A stretch of 64,000 bases of DNA from an uncultured virus (IMG/VR IMGVR_UViG_3300031673_000016) (IMGVR_UViG_3300031673_000016), one strand, 5' to 3'. Shown: positions 39,401-48,931, numbered from the stretch's first letter. Program-made: numbers and translations. Notes: generated by a model not told the origin, from the letters alone.

Positions 39401-39599
39401 CGCGGCCGTGTTCGACTCTGCGGTTCCCGATTCGACGTTCCTCGAGAGGTTCAACCTTCCGGGGTGGATATCGCCGTCGGCGGTCTGGATCCTCGACCTG
39501 TCGGCGGTGCCGTTGACGCAAGCAATGTTCGACGTCGGCTCTCATGATCGAGAGGATTTCCTCGACACCGAGTGGCCGGATCAACTATTCCCGACGTAG
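36453..39599 (+). CDS. large acidic, Trp/Gly-rich baseplate/tail structural protein
   Basis: 1048 aa within the tail operon; SD AGGAG. Confidence 0.6.
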   Translation: MARVINRWDPARNVEMIVAAADGPLVIESGDERWKLFAREWIQPELYAGVDLIGYLRELTVEDGADPLRGLRVAGSQFMPDGMTFFGADPADGEPQPEDLADPYSGSAYHYITAGHRLALRGWIGGYLPGHLNVEFEVWWGDAEQRNNADTRGAWSGAVLGVFNAPLASCDHLLYALHGKRLGDAAWEYRGGYVDQPGGAFVPASTVVSPWDGVDSGRVRILITGGSPTWTVTTQYWDPGIPDWVDLASSVVDLRVYAVPGFEDLFGLNGYLFHGATKVFPGAMPSPEPEQETYFRRVSISQFEPWILDADETNLREGVLRMSQVLGIPLPYWLAPVGSLTPSIDIFHSPSGTPSAPEKLRTLDDGGGWGIELNQDTILVMFGIEDRKMVTVTPATGKYRPVCLSDIDAVGATLPFSYVGRYKLKDMATWGDERCLVSFGNAGWSLVPPGGFNGGVGLTWRTTNGGELALKYWDGVAAGWFEIVAPLRVDEYDNTVVDIAICWTGDFGAMVGLPDRQLRIVVDGVTKGSGLEPSLEISSTFFASIGSADTTTGRKSFAGIWFGGATFYEPTTNTDLLHAFDAEGEGGFSNANFEIPATSGRPGEAKDWEWQSFQSLGGFAEFSAYRAALAPFRIDREEFEGGWRRAPTWVYADATARLAATGFTADDVGQAALQLDVDRNFILTDYSPITWVESAVGENQDWADDLADVAVAAALFNEGIPAFEGTVEHFNIWGETWDMMVWSGYPWLAGYNLTPPCSDTFGPFGGATGFDGWFDHVFGTNLDPLCVESFDEAWGNDPFSTAGGQRWQPDTAPGGRMRGELLTFPLFIPDNENRLIILTDAAIPAMFPLPSQNYANMATLLSDLNGLLAAHLPGLGVAFDSWTDGDRDGLTFGWDGSAATALWFGFASLESEMFKDARQRLGLRSFSPTGGFTGVGIPGWFFPSLPAGVDPADRFLLDSWSSNSIFIVTDSVLGQVVLENDMVAAVFDSAVPDSTFLERFNLPGWISPSAVWILDLSAVPLTQAMFDVGSHDREDFLDTEWPDQLFPT

Positions 39600-39608
39600 G
39601 AGGCAACG

Positions 39609-40364
39609 ATGGGTCAGCTCGACTGGAAGGACATTGGCGGATCGCTCAGTACGGCGTCGCTCGCTCGCGGGGTAACGAACGGCATCGACCGTCCTCCGTC
39701 GGTAGGTCCGAACGATTTTGTGTTCGGGTACAACTCGCTCGACGGGACCGTCACCGGGGCGCACGGGAAGTACGTCGACCTGGCAGGTTTCACGCCGACC
39801 GGCACGCTGCTCTCCGATCCGGACGGCGGCGGATCGATCCGCGGCTGCGTGAAGCGTGTCAGCTCGCCGAACAACACGGGGATGTCTCCGATGCTGTTCT
39901 TCTGCGGACAGGGCGCGCCGGTGTCGGTGAACGATTACTGCTACATCCTCGGCCTCCTCGATGCCGACCCCTACGAGATCGTGCTCGCGAAGGCACAGCT
40001 CGTCAGCGGTCTCGTCGCGTCGGACGAGAACGTACAGATCCTGGCGCGGTCCTCGGACCAGTACGCGATGGGCGACGGCCTGTGGCACCATCTTCGTCTC
40101 GATGCCATCGTCGAGCCGAACGGCGACGTGCTGCTGAAGTGCTTCGAGAACGACCTGGACACGCACCCCATCGGTACGCCGGGAGGACCTGACTGGCAGC
40201 CAATCCCCGGCTTCCCGTCGGGCGGAATCGTCGACGACGTTCTGCAGATCAAGACCGGAGAACCGCCGCTGTGGGGTGGATACTGCGGGTTCGCGTTCCA
40301 GGTCGCGCAGTCTCTGAACCGGCGCGGTGCCTTCGACGCCATTGAGGCATCCAGGGTGAGCTGA
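39609..40364 (+). CDS. tail/baseplate protein, beta-sandwich-like
   Basis: SD AGGAGG; WHHLRLD lectin-like strand. Confidence 0.55.
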   Translation: MGQLDWKDIGGSLSTASLARGVTNGIDRPPSVGPNDFVFGYNSLDGTVTGAHGKYVDLAGFTPTGTLLSDPDGGGSIRGCVKRVSSPNNTGMSPMLFFCGQGAPVSVNDYCYILGLLDADPYEIVLAKAQLVSGLVASDENVQILARSSDQYAMGDGLWHHLRLDAIVEPNGDVLLKCFENDLDTHPIGTPGGPDWQPIPGFPSGGIVDDVLQIKTGEPPLWGGYCGFAFQVAQSLNRRGAFDAIEASRVS

Positions 40365-41503
40365 TGACGACGTGGCTCGACAGACTGCGCGGCGAGGGCC
40401 AGGGGAGGACGAGGCCCACGAGCTTCGTCGCTCCTGATGGAGACTGCGTCTTCGTCCTCGGCGCCGACGCGCAGATCGAGCCGGCCGTTCTCTCGCCGGA
40501 TGACTTCACGGAGATCAAGCAGCTCGTCGACCTGACCGGGTGGGATCTCGTCGCTGCCACGATTGATACCCTCGGCGTCGTCATGGGTCAGTCACAGCAG
40601 TCGTCTGGATTTTCCGATGATCCTGACCTGCTGTGGTGGTTCAACTACGACATCGCGATGCACCACGCGAAGAACTTCGTAGCGGGCGCCTTCGACCTCG
40701 ACGATCAGGGCGACATGGAGTTTGGTACGGAGACCTACTCGCCCTCCGGAACGTCGTGCCGCAAGATCCCGGTCGGCAGCACGACCGCGTTCCTCCTCGG
40801 AGAAAACACGCCGCAATTCGTCCCCGGTGCAACGCTGCCGAAGTACACGATCCAGGCGTGGATGTTCTTCGATACTGACAGCATCACGAGCTCGTGGGGC
40901 TGTAGCCCATCTCTGTTTTACTGTCAGGATGGAGGGCCAGGTGGACTGATCCTGAAACTCAGCGGAGCGGCAGGACCAGGCGCACATTCCTGGAACTTCA
41001 GTATCACGCACTATAACGGGGGGACCGTCGTCTCGACTATCTTCCTCACGCCTGTCATCGACACGCCTAGCTGGGGCTGGCACCTGGTCACGCTGACATT
41101 CAATGACGGGCTTCCACTCGGAGACCAGCTGAAGCTATACATCGACGACGACCCGACGCCGATCCTCGCGTTCATCGGCATCGGAATCACGCCGGCGGCG
41201 CCGGCTGCTGGTACACCGATCTTTGTAGCGGCTCCGAATTTCTGGGGAATGGTCGACGAGATGCGAATGCTAGCGCGCGACCTGACGCCGACCGAGATCG
41301 CTGCGAGCTTCGTAGAGACGACGATACTGCCGACGCCGGTTGACTACGAGTGGGTGATGCAGATCCTGGTGAATTCCGAGGTCTACGCCGAGCGCGTGAT
41401 CCGCCCCGGCGAGGAGCGTCGCTGGAGTGATTTTAAGGCGCCGGTCCGCCACCTCTCGGGGGTCTGCGAGGTCGGCTTCCGTCTGAAGTTGAACGAGGTT
41501 TGA
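40364..41503 (+). CDS. tail protein with LamG/concanavalin A-like domain
   Basis: YTIQAWM..WHLVTLTFN..LKLYID..GMVDEMRM..LTPTEI. Confidence 0.75.
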   Translation: MTTWLDRLRGEGQGRTRPTSFVAPDGDCVFVLGADAQIEPAVLSPDDFTEIKQLVDLTGWDLVAATIDTLGVVMGQSQQSSGFSDDPDLLWWFNYDIAMHHAKNFVAGAFDLDDQGDMEFGTETYSPSGTSCRKIPVGSTTAFLLGENTPQFVPGATLPKYTIQAWMFFDTDSITSSWGCSPSLFYCQDGGPGGLILKLSGAAGPGAHSWNFSITHYNGGTVVSTIFLTPVIDTPSWGWHLVTLTFNDGLPLGDQLKLYIDDDPTPILAFIGIGITPAAPAAGTPIFVAAPNFWGMVDEMRMLARDLTPTEIAASFVETTILPTPVDYEWVMQILVNSEVYAERVIRPGEERRWSDFKAPVRHLSGVCEVGFRLKLNEV

Positions 41504-41504
41504 G

Positions 41505-43817
41505 ATGGCCCTGACGATTGAACAGCTTCTGGCAACACTCGGAGTCGACCTTGCCGCCGTCGAGGTTTCGCCGCTCGGGCAGTACGTCCTGATTCAGCGC
41601 GATCCGCAACCGGACGAGACGAACATCGCGAAGGAGACTGACGTCGGCATGACGCTCGTCGACCTGGACGCAGACCCGGCCGACCCGCTGCTCGTCGCCC
41701 CAGACTTCACCGTCACCATCGACGGCGCGACTGCGCTGACCTTCATCGGCGGCGTCGCGACCTGGTTCGGATCGTGGACCGGGACCGTGACGACGCACGT
41801 CGTTGCGTCGCCGTACGCGTTCTGGCGCGTCGATGCGCAGCAGGTCGGAGGTCCGCTTTGGGAATCCGAACAGGTCGTGCCGGTCGATCTGACCATCGGT
41901 GGCGGCGCGTCGTTCTCCTACGAGTTCACTGTCGAGGACTACGCTCCGCCGCGGTTCCTCGCAGCCGAGGCGATCTCTCCGTTCGTGATGCGCGTCACCT
42001 TCGACGATAACATGACTATCGATGGCGTGACGTCGGTGCTGCTAGCTGCGCTGTGGGCGAACGCGATCACGCGACACAACGTCGACCCGCTTCCCGGCGT
42101 GAACCTCGATGTGGAGTCCGTCGTCGTCGCTGACGTGTACGACCCGACGATCCCGATGAAGTGGACCTTCGCCGACGCGGCAGAGCGTCTCGCGTTCGTT
42201 CCGGATGCGTCCGATATCGGGAGCGTGGCGCTACAGGAAAGCGACTCGACGCTGTGGCTGCTCGTCGATACCGACGCACCCGCCGGCTGGAACCACGCAT
42301 CGTGGGGCCACTTCCCGTGGAGCTGTCCTCCGACCGGAGGTCCGGCCATCGTCTGGGCCGAGGTCAATATCGGCGCGCAGTTCGACCTCGCGATGAACTG
42401 GGAGATGACTCCTGGGTGCGCGTACTCCATCGTGGCGAATCCGCTATTCGAGGACGAGTCGGAAAACCCGATGAATCCGTTGTTCATAACGGCGCACGCA
42501 GTCGGCTTCATTCCAGACGTTCCGGTCGGACGCGTGTTCTCCCACTGGCGAAACATGGTGCCGAAGAAAAACCGGATCGAGGATGCGACGCGCGACCTGG
42601 AACGGTTATCGAACTGCATCGAGGAAATCCTCGGCTGGATGCTCTACTACGTCGACCACTTCACCGATCAGTGGGATCCAGACCTGGCAAACGACGAGCA
42701 GATCGAAGCGATGCTCTACGACATGGGAAACCCGTTCTCGACGTGGACAGACCTCGTTTTGACCGCGAACCAGAAGCGGAAGCTCCTCAGAATTCTCATC
42801 GAAATCTACAAGGCGAAGGGCACCGCGTGGGGCATCGAGCAAACGGTGTTCTTCCTTCTGGGTGAGGTCGTCCACTGCGTCGAGTACATCGCCGGAGGCT
42901 GGGTTCTCGGCGTGGACGCGCTCGGGAGCGACGGCATCGCGCAGGTCATGAGCCTCGGCTGGGAGACATTCGACTTCACGCCGGTCGCGCCCCCCTGGGA
43001 ACTCGCGGTGAAGGTCGATGGCAGTGCCCCGCAGATCGTCGCCTTCGTTCCGGCCGACTTCGTCGACCCGGCGGCGGCGACCGCGGCAGAGGTCGCGTCA
43101 GTGATCGCGTCTCAGGCGAGCGGTGCGGGCGCCTATGCCGCGTTCCCCGGCCAGTCCGCTGCGGTACTAGGGGCGAACGTGGAACCGTTTGCACTGGCGC
43201 CTGGCGACACCCTACAGCTCGCCGTCAACGGCGTCCCGCTGACGGTCGTCTTCCCGGTCGACGGCATCGCAACTCCGGGCGCCGCGACGACGTCCGAGAT
43301 CGCCGCGATCATCGACGAGGCGTGGGACGGAGAACTGCTGGCACACGACAACGGAGGCGCGCTTCTGGTCGAGACGACGACGCGCGGAAACCTGGCGACG
43401 CTCGAGACTTTCGCCGACGCGTCCGCCGTCATCCTCGGCCTGGGGCCCGCGGTAGTCTACACCGGGACTGACCACGGCCAGGTCGCTGCCTATTCCAACA
43501 AGGCCGGAGTCGACGCATCGATCCAGGTGTCCGGCGGGTCGGCGAACGTCGTTCTCGATTTCGATACGGACGAAGTCGGATCAACTGGCGGTGCCGTGCT
43601 GGCACCCGATGAATCCTTCACACTGTACTCGTTCGACATTGAAACCGAAAACGTGCTAACATCGGCGCAAGAGAGCATCATCAGGAAGGTGGCAGAGTAC
43701 ATGAAGCCAGCACACACCCACCTGATTCGAATCCGGCTGGCCCTGCCGTTGCCGTGGCCGGATTCGTGGATGCTCGGGATCAGCGAACTCGACATCAGCA
43801 CCGAGCTCGCGGAGTAG
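41505..43817 (+). CDS. baseplate wedge/tail protein I-like with inserted domains
   Basis: QWDPDLA..QKRKLLRILIEIYKAKGTAWGIE and YMKPAHTH. Confidence 0.8.
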   Translation: MALTIEQLLATLGVDLAAVEVSPLGQYVLIQRDPQPDETNIAKETDVGMTLVDLDADPADPLLVAPDFTVTIDGATALTFIGGVATWFGSWTGTVTTHVVASPYAFWRVDAQQVGGPLWESEQVVPVDLTIGGGASFSYEFTVEDYAPPRFLAAEAISPFVMRVTFDDNMTIDGVTSVLLAALWANAITRHNVDPLPGVNLDVESVVVADVYDPTIPMKWTFADAAERLAFVPDASDIGSVALQESDSTLWLLVDTDAPAGWNHASWGHFPWSCPPTGGPAIVWAEVNIGAQFDLAMNWEMTPGCAYSIVANPLFEDESENPMNPLFITAHAVGFIPDVPVGRVFSHWRNMVPKKNRIEDATRDLERLSNCIEEILGWMLYYVDHFTDQWDPDLANDEQIEAMLYDMGNPFSTWTDLVLTANQKRKLLRILIEIYKAKGTAWGIEQTVFFLLGEVVHCVEYIAGGWVLGVDALGSDGIAQVMSLGWETFDFTPVAPPWELAVKVDGSAPQIVAFVPADFVDPAAATAAEVASVIASQASGAGAYAAFPGQSAAVLGANVEPFALAPGDTLQLAVNGVPLTVVFPVDGIATPGAATTSEIAAIIDEAWDGELLAHDNGGALLVETTTRGNLATLETFADASAVILGLGPAVVYTGTDHGQVAAYSNKAGVDASIQVSGGSANVVLDFDTDEVGSTGGAVLAPDESFTLYSFDIETENVLTSAQESIIRKVAEYMKPAHTHLIRIRLALPLPWPDSWMLGISELDISTELAE

Positions 43818-44340
43818 AACGAGGAACGTGGAGTTTCACATGGCACGACCGGCAGAGCACGACGAGGTTGGACGGCGCGAACAGCAGCGCCTCGTCGCGC
43901 GTCGGGTTCGGGTCGACGGGGTGGTGGACGACGAGGTTGCGTCCGCGGCGGATTACTCCACACGAGGAGCAGGCTGGATGAGATTCGATCCACGCTCGTC
44001 GGAACGAACGCCAATGAAGCTGCTGTCGCCACTTTTCGATGTCGTGCTTCCGGTGCTTTTCGTCGAAATTTTCAGACCGGCGGCTCTTTCCGAAGCATTC
44101 GGACGAACAGAAGCGAGGGATCGGACGAGTCCCAGACGCGGCATGATGTGGTACGAGAAATTTCTCTCCGCACACTTCGCAGGACAGTTCGACGTTTTTT
44201 CCATCGACCGTCGGAAGGTATTCGTGAACGGCTTCGTTTCGCGCATTTCGTCCCAGTTTCCACGATCCGTAGCAGCGACGGTTGCAGAATCGTTGGCTGG
44301 AACGCTTGACAGGCTGTCCGCAGTTTTCGCAAGGGTTCAT
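43795..44340 (-). CDS. HNH homing endonuclease with N-terminal zinc-finger repeats
   Basis: CSSC..VVHH..SNLVVLCRSCHVKLH; two CxxC..FCxxxC repeats; SD AAGGAGGT; the only convincing minus-strand gene. Confidence 0.85.
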   Translation of the reverse strand: MNPCENCGQPVKRSSQRFCNRRCYGSWKLGRNARNEAVHEYLPTVDGKNVELSCEVCGEKFLVPHHAASGTRPIPRFCSSECFGKSRRSENFDEKHRKHDIEKWRQQLHWRSFRRAWIESHPACSSCGVIRRGRNLVVHHPVDPNPTRDEALLFAPSNLVVLCRSCHVKLHVPRSTPRARC

Positions 44341-44396
44341 GGTGACCTCCTTCTCGGAGGGAACTATATCACCGAATCGCTGGAAGGGGTTTGAAA

Positions 44397-47048
44397 ATGG
44401 ACCTTTTCGATTTCTATTTCAAGCAAATCGTAACGCAGTCACAGATGGATTGGGCGTTCGACCGAGTCCAGACAGGAATGTACGGACTGTCTCTCGACAA
44501 CGAGATGCTGGGCATCGTCAGCGGCCTCGGCGTCCAGCAGCATGCGCCAATTCCAGACAAGAGCATGGATCTGATCGGCCCCGGCGTCGCATACGATCCA
44601 GAGGGCCAGCGCATCTACATCCCCGACGCCCTGACCGTCGTCGACTGCTCGCAGGACGAATTCGGTACGGACACGAACCCTCCGACGCCGACCTTCCAGC
44701 GGTACATCTCGATCTTCGCCAGGTTCAAGAGGAACCTGACGGCGCCGGCGCTCGACGGCAACAACATCGTGGTCTACACGAAGCAGCTCGAGAGCTTCGA
44801 GGTCTTCGTCAGGATCGGATCCGAAGCAGCAGCCGGAACAGCGATTCCGGCTCCGCTCATGGCCGACGCCATCCTGCTGATGGACCTCCTCGTGACGAAC
44901 GGATTCACAGCGATCCTGAACGGCGACCGCGACGTCACGCGGAGACAGGACTGGATCCGCTTCGCTGGAACGGCAATCGGGACGCGCGTGTATGGGACAC
45001 CAGCCGAGGCGGTCGACGACATCCTCGCGCTGATTGACACCTTCGGAGGAGCATTCCCGTTCGCATTTACGTCGACGTGGGTCGCCGCAAATCCGGTACT
45101 CGGAACGGCTCCGCCGCCGACCACTCTCCAAGAGTCGCTGGATGCCATCGTCTTCGACCTTGCTGACACCGGTGCGTTCTGGGGAGGTGCTCGGCGGATT
45201 GGCATCTCCCAGTACACAGCTCCCAACACGTTTGTCGCGTGGGCAGCAGCGTCGCTGAATGAGGCGATAGTCGCCATCGCAGACGCACTGGATGGTCACA
45301 TCGCCGGTGGAGCACCGGCGCACGCTGCCGGGGCAATCGTGTTCACGCCGTACTCGTACCTGGCCTCGGTGAACGTGCAGACCGCGATCCAGGAGTTGGT
45401 CGACGACCTGGCGGACGACGCCTGGACGGCGCCCAACCCGGACGGCGCGGAACGAGTCGGGTTCGACTCGACGGTCTGGAACGGCTACGGATGGGCCATC
45501 GCGCCCACCGTGCGGTCGGCGCTGAACACCATCGCGGGGGCTCTGGTGAGCCAGGGCGCCGGCACAAGCGGCGCCGACATGGTCGGCACCGAGGCCATCG
45601 CGGGGACCCCGGAGGCCATCGCGGCGTCGGACGTCATGGCCGTGCTGGAAGCGATCTATGGTCACCTGAACGCGCGCACCGAGCGCAGCACGGCGGAGAC
45701 TGTGGACGGGCGATGGCAGTTCGACAACGGGGTCGCCGGTCTTCTCGCGGCCAGGGCCCGGGCCAGCGAGCAGGTCATTCACCGCAACGTCCCGTTCTTC
45801 AACGCGTTCGACGGCGGAGTCAACTACCCCGGAGTCAGGTCGTGGAACCACTACGCGATGCAGGACGTGTGGAACGGATTCACGCGAGCGCAGAGTTGGG
45901 CCGGGACGAGCAACGCGATTGACCTTGCGACGCACCTGGTGGACGTGTTCACCTTCGTGGACGTAAACGGGCGACGGCGCGTGGGAGCGCTGGCGGCTAC
46001 CGGCGGGATCGCACACTGGGACCCGAACGACATCGTGACGTTGATCAGCACGGCATACCCCGCTGGGAGCCTTCCGGCCGGGACGTGGACGGCGACGTCG
46101 TGCTGCTGTGACGGGCGATACCTGTACGTCATGTTCGTCGACCTGACGGCGGTCGGCGTCGAGCCGCACCACCTGCAGTGCTTCGACCTGCACAGCCCGA
46201 CGCTGGCGCCGAACGCCGGCTGGGCGGCGACGGGGACGGCGCTGCCGGGGACGGGGGTGAACCCCGGCGTGGCATCCAAGGGGGACCGCGTCCGGATCGT
46301 TTCCGGCGACCACGAGAGCGGGCCCGTGCGGTTGTGCACGGCCAACAGCTGGGTCGCCGCGGCGGCTGCCGCGTCCTCGAGCATCAGCATCATCGTCGCG
46401 ACGACGGGAGCCATCGTGGCATCGGGTTCGGGAGACGTGACTGGGAGTGCGGACCACTACGCGTCCGGCGGGATCGCGTCCGACGGCACCAACGTCTTCG
46501 TCACCTACCTCGACAGCGTATCCTCAGCGGGCTACCTGGCCTCGGCGACCATCGCGAACCCGCAGGTTGGATCCGGGCTCGCGAGCTTCCCGATTGGCGA
46601 GGCGACGTTCGTGGCGTTCCCGAGCGACGTGGTCTCGGACGGCGCGGTACTCTGGTGCATCTCCGGAGCCGGAAAGGTCGTAACGTACGAATTGGCAGCC
46701 GAGTTCATGCGGGAAAACACGGGGCCCGGCACCGCCGATCTGTACAGGTGGATGGCCTTCGACGGCCTGCACATCTGGTGGGCCGAGCACGAGGACGTGG
46801 ACAGCGTGACCACGCTCTACCGCGCACCGTGCTCGCGGTATCGTCCGACGACTGCGGCCCAGGTCGCGGCGGTATTCGTCGACGAGCGGTTCTGCATTAT
46901 GAACCGCGACGAGGCTGGGGTCGGCGTGCCGTTCTCGGCGATGGGCCGCATGGTGTGGGACGGGGATTCGATGTGGGCGCTTCTGTCCAGCGAGGACGAT
47001 GCCGTGAAGGGAAGAGTGCGCCGCGTGCCGATGGCTGGCTTGCGGTAG
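44397..47048 (+). CDS. tail fibre / receptor-binding protein
   Basis: After baseplate; NVQTAIQELVDD-type fibre repeats; C-terminal propeller-like repeats (DGRYLYV, DGTNVFV, DGLHIWW, DGDSMW). Confidence 0.75.
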   Translation: MDLFDFYFKQIVTQSQMDWAFDRVQTGMYGLSLDNEMLGIVSGLGVQQHAPIPDKSMDLIGPGVAYDPEGQRIYIPDALTVVDCSQDEFGTDTNPPTPTFQRYISIFARFKRNLTAPALDGNNIVVYTKQLESFEVFVRIGSEAAAGTAIPAPLMADAILLMDLLVTNGFTAILNGDRDVTRRQDWIRFAGTAIGTRVYGTPAEAVDDILALIDTFGGAFPFAFTSTWVAANPVLGTAPPPTTLQESLDAIVFDLADTGAFWGGARRIGISQYTAPNTFVAWAAASLNEAIVAIADALDGHIAGGAPAHAAGAIVFTPYSYLASVNVQTAIQELVDDLADDAWTAPNPDGAERVGFDSTVWNGYGWAIAPTVRSALNTIAGALVSQGAGTSGADMVGTEAIAGTPEAIAASDVMAVLEAIYGHLNARTERSTAETVDGRWQFDNGVAGLLAARARASEQVIHRNVPFFNAFDGGVNYPGVRSWNHYAMQDVWNGFTRAQSWAGTSNAIDLATHLVDVFTFVDVNGRRRVGALAATGGIAHWDPNDIVTLISTAYPAGSLPAGTWTATSCCCDGRYLYVMFVDLTAVGVEPHHLQCFDLHSPTLAPNAGWAATGTALPGTGVNPGVASKGDRVRIVSGDHESGPVRLCTANSWVAAAAAASSSISIIVATTGAIVASGSGDVTGSADHYASGGIASDGTNVFVTYLDSVSSAGYLASATIANPQVGSGLASFPIGEATFVAFPSDVVSDGAVLWCISGAGKVVTYELAAEFMRENTGPGTADLYRWMAFDGLHIWWAEHEDVDSVTTLYRAPCSRYRPTTAAQVAAVFVDERFCIMNRDEAGVGVPFSAMGRMVWDGDSMWALLSSEDDAVKGRVRRVPMAGLR

Positions 47049-47060
47049 TAGAAAAAACGA

Positions 47061-47113
47061 GTGACAACCCGCTGGAGCGGGTGCTACAGTAGGACAACGA
47101 ATATAGAGTCCTA
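47061..47113 (+). promoter_or_regulatory. candidate promoter with operator-like palindrome and leader hairpin
   Basis: GTGACA-18-TACAGT (TG extended -10); ACCCGCT-GG-AGCGGGT in the spacer; GTAGGAC-N12-GTCCTAC downstream. Confidence 0.4.
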
Positions 47114-47131
47114 CGAAACAGGAGAAATACC

Positions 47132-48880
47132 ATGGCAATCACACCGATCACGACCGACTACTTCAGCGGCGGTCGCAACATCACCGAGGATCCGGATGCG
47201 AAGCGCGAGCTCGCAAACCTGATCATCGAGGCACAGAACGCGTGCAATGCCAACGAGACGCTGGCGGGTGCCCACGCGGCCCGGCACATCACGGGCGGCG
47301 GCGACACCATCGCGAGCGCGGTGTCCGGCGGCGCGGCTGGGCTGATGACGGGCGCCGATAAGCTGGCGCACGACACGGTGGTGTCAGACGCCATCCGCGA
47401 CGGCGACTTCGCCGGCGCTGCCAACGGTCAGATGGCTCGCACCGGTGCCGGGACCTACGCGGTCGTCAAGACGGGCGGTGGTGCTGTCGCCCCGACGGTC
47501 ATCGACGATGACGTGGCCGGGTACGCCGTCGGGTCGTTCTGGATCGACGTCACGCACGAGTGCGTCTACGTCTGCACGGACGCTTCAACTGGCGCGGCCC
47601 TCTGGGTCGGTCCGCTCCAACACTGCAACATCGGCGCCGCGGTCGATCCGGTCGTCGGAGACGACAACACGCTGGGCTACGACGTGGGATCCCTGTGGAT
47701 GAACACCACGGCGGCTCCCCCGAGGATCTTCCGGTGCACGAACGCCTCGACAGGCGCGGCCGTCTGGCGCCACATCGAGATCCTGAACAACCTGGGGGCC
47801 GCTGTCGATCCGGCTGTCGGCGACGATGACACGGTCGGGTACGACGTTGGATCCCTCTGGGTCAACACGACGGCCGCTCCGCCGCGGATCTTCCGGTGCT
47901 CGAGCAACGCGACCGGCGCGGCGGTGTGGAGGCCCATCGAGCGCCTGGACAACCTGGCGGCGGCCGTGGCTCCGAATCCGGCGGTCGATGACGACACGGC
48001 CGGGTATGACATCGGGTCGCTGTGGATCGATACTACGGCCGACCACGCCTACGTCTGCGTGGACAACGCGACCGGCGCCGCGGTCTGGCGCATGATCCCG
48101 GACACAGCTGGCGGGCACCTCGCTGGCACGTACCCGAATCCCACCATCGCCACGGGCGTTCTGACGCCGACGCATGCGACGGTCGGTGCGGGCAACCCGT
48201 CGTTCGTCGTGGATTCTGGCACGCCGTCGACGTGCGTCATCGCCTTCGACGACGGTGCGGGCAATGCGGACCGGCCCGCGGACGGTGCGAGCTACGCCTT
48301 CAGCATCGACGGCGTGCTAGTCGCGACGCTGCTGGCGGCAGACGCCCCGGCCACGGAGAACGACTTCCTGCGGTCCAGCGCGGGCGCCGAGGAAGCGGAC
48401 ACGATCCTGATGGCGGCGGCTTTCGCGGCCGCGATCAACGCGCACTCGGTGCTCAGCCTCCGCGTCTTCGCACAGGTCTACGGCGGGGCCGGCGACGGCC
48501 AGTGGTACGTCCAGTGTGTCGCCTCGGGCGCTGCCGACATCTCCGCGGGCTACGCGCTGACGTGCGTCCTCGGCGGCGGTGACCCGGGCGAGGTGAACGA
48601 CAGGGCCACGGCGGTTCCGGCCGGTCGCCGCACCATCTTCCCGGTCCGCTACGTGGTCACCGCCCAGGACGTGCTGTGCGGCGAGATCCACTTCCGGTTC
48701 GGGTCGCCGAACTACCGGGCCTACATGCTCGACGTCCTGACCGCCGCCGCGGACTACACGCGGGTAGCCTGGGATGGTGCCGTGGCCTTCGCTGGCCCGG
48801 ATATCGTGATCGACAATTCGGGTATCGCGGACTGGGCGGCGGGCAACGTGCTCGTCGGGTGGTTCCTGGGCGACATCTAG
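47132..48880 (+). CDS. fibre protein with four tandem GYxxGSxW repeats
   Basis: Four ~50-54 aa repeats (P..DD..GY.VGS.W.N/D..C..A.TGAA.W); SD AGGAG. Confidence 0.75.
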   Translation: MAITPITTDYFSGGRNITEDPDAKRELANLIIEAQNACNANETLAGAHAARHITGGGDTIASAVSGGAAGLMTGADKLAHDTVVSDAIRDGDFAGAANGQMARTGAGTYAVVKTGGGAVAPTVIDDDVAGYAVGSFWIDVTHECVYVCTDASTGAALWVGPLQHCNIGAAVDPVVGDDNTLGYDVGSLWMNTTAAPPRIFRCTNASTGAAVWRHIEILNNLGAAVDPAVGDDDTVGYDVGSLWVNTTAAPPRIFRCSSNATGAAVWRPIERLDNLAAAVAPNPAVDDDTAGYDIGSLWIDTTADHAYVCVDNATGAAVWRMIPDTAGGHLAGTYPNPTIATGVLTPTHATVGAGNPSFVVDSGTPSTCVIAFDDGAGNADRPADGASYAFSIDGVLVATLLAADAPATENDFLRSSAGAEEADTILMAAAFAAAINAHSVLSLRVFAQVYGGAGDGQWYVQCVASGAADISAGYALTCVLGGGDPGEVNDRATAVPAGRRTIFPVRYVVTAQDVLCGEIHFRFGSPNYRAYMLDVLTAAADYTRVAWDGAVAFAGPDIVIDNSGIADWAAGNVLVGWFLGDI

Positions 48881-48931
48881 TCGTGGCGGGAGGTCCGCTC
48901 TGAGGCGACAGGCTCACCAGGAGGTCTTCGG

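Noticed and set aside
43828..44394. 188-aa + strand ORF that would keep the tail operon co-directional
   Set aside because: It is the antisense of the HNH gene, which has clear motifs and a strong SD
47480..48100. Diversity-generating retroelement or CRISPR-like repeats
   Set aside because: The repeats are in-frame protein repeats differing mostly at synonymous sites, not adenine-specific; no spacers and no reverse transcriptase in the window
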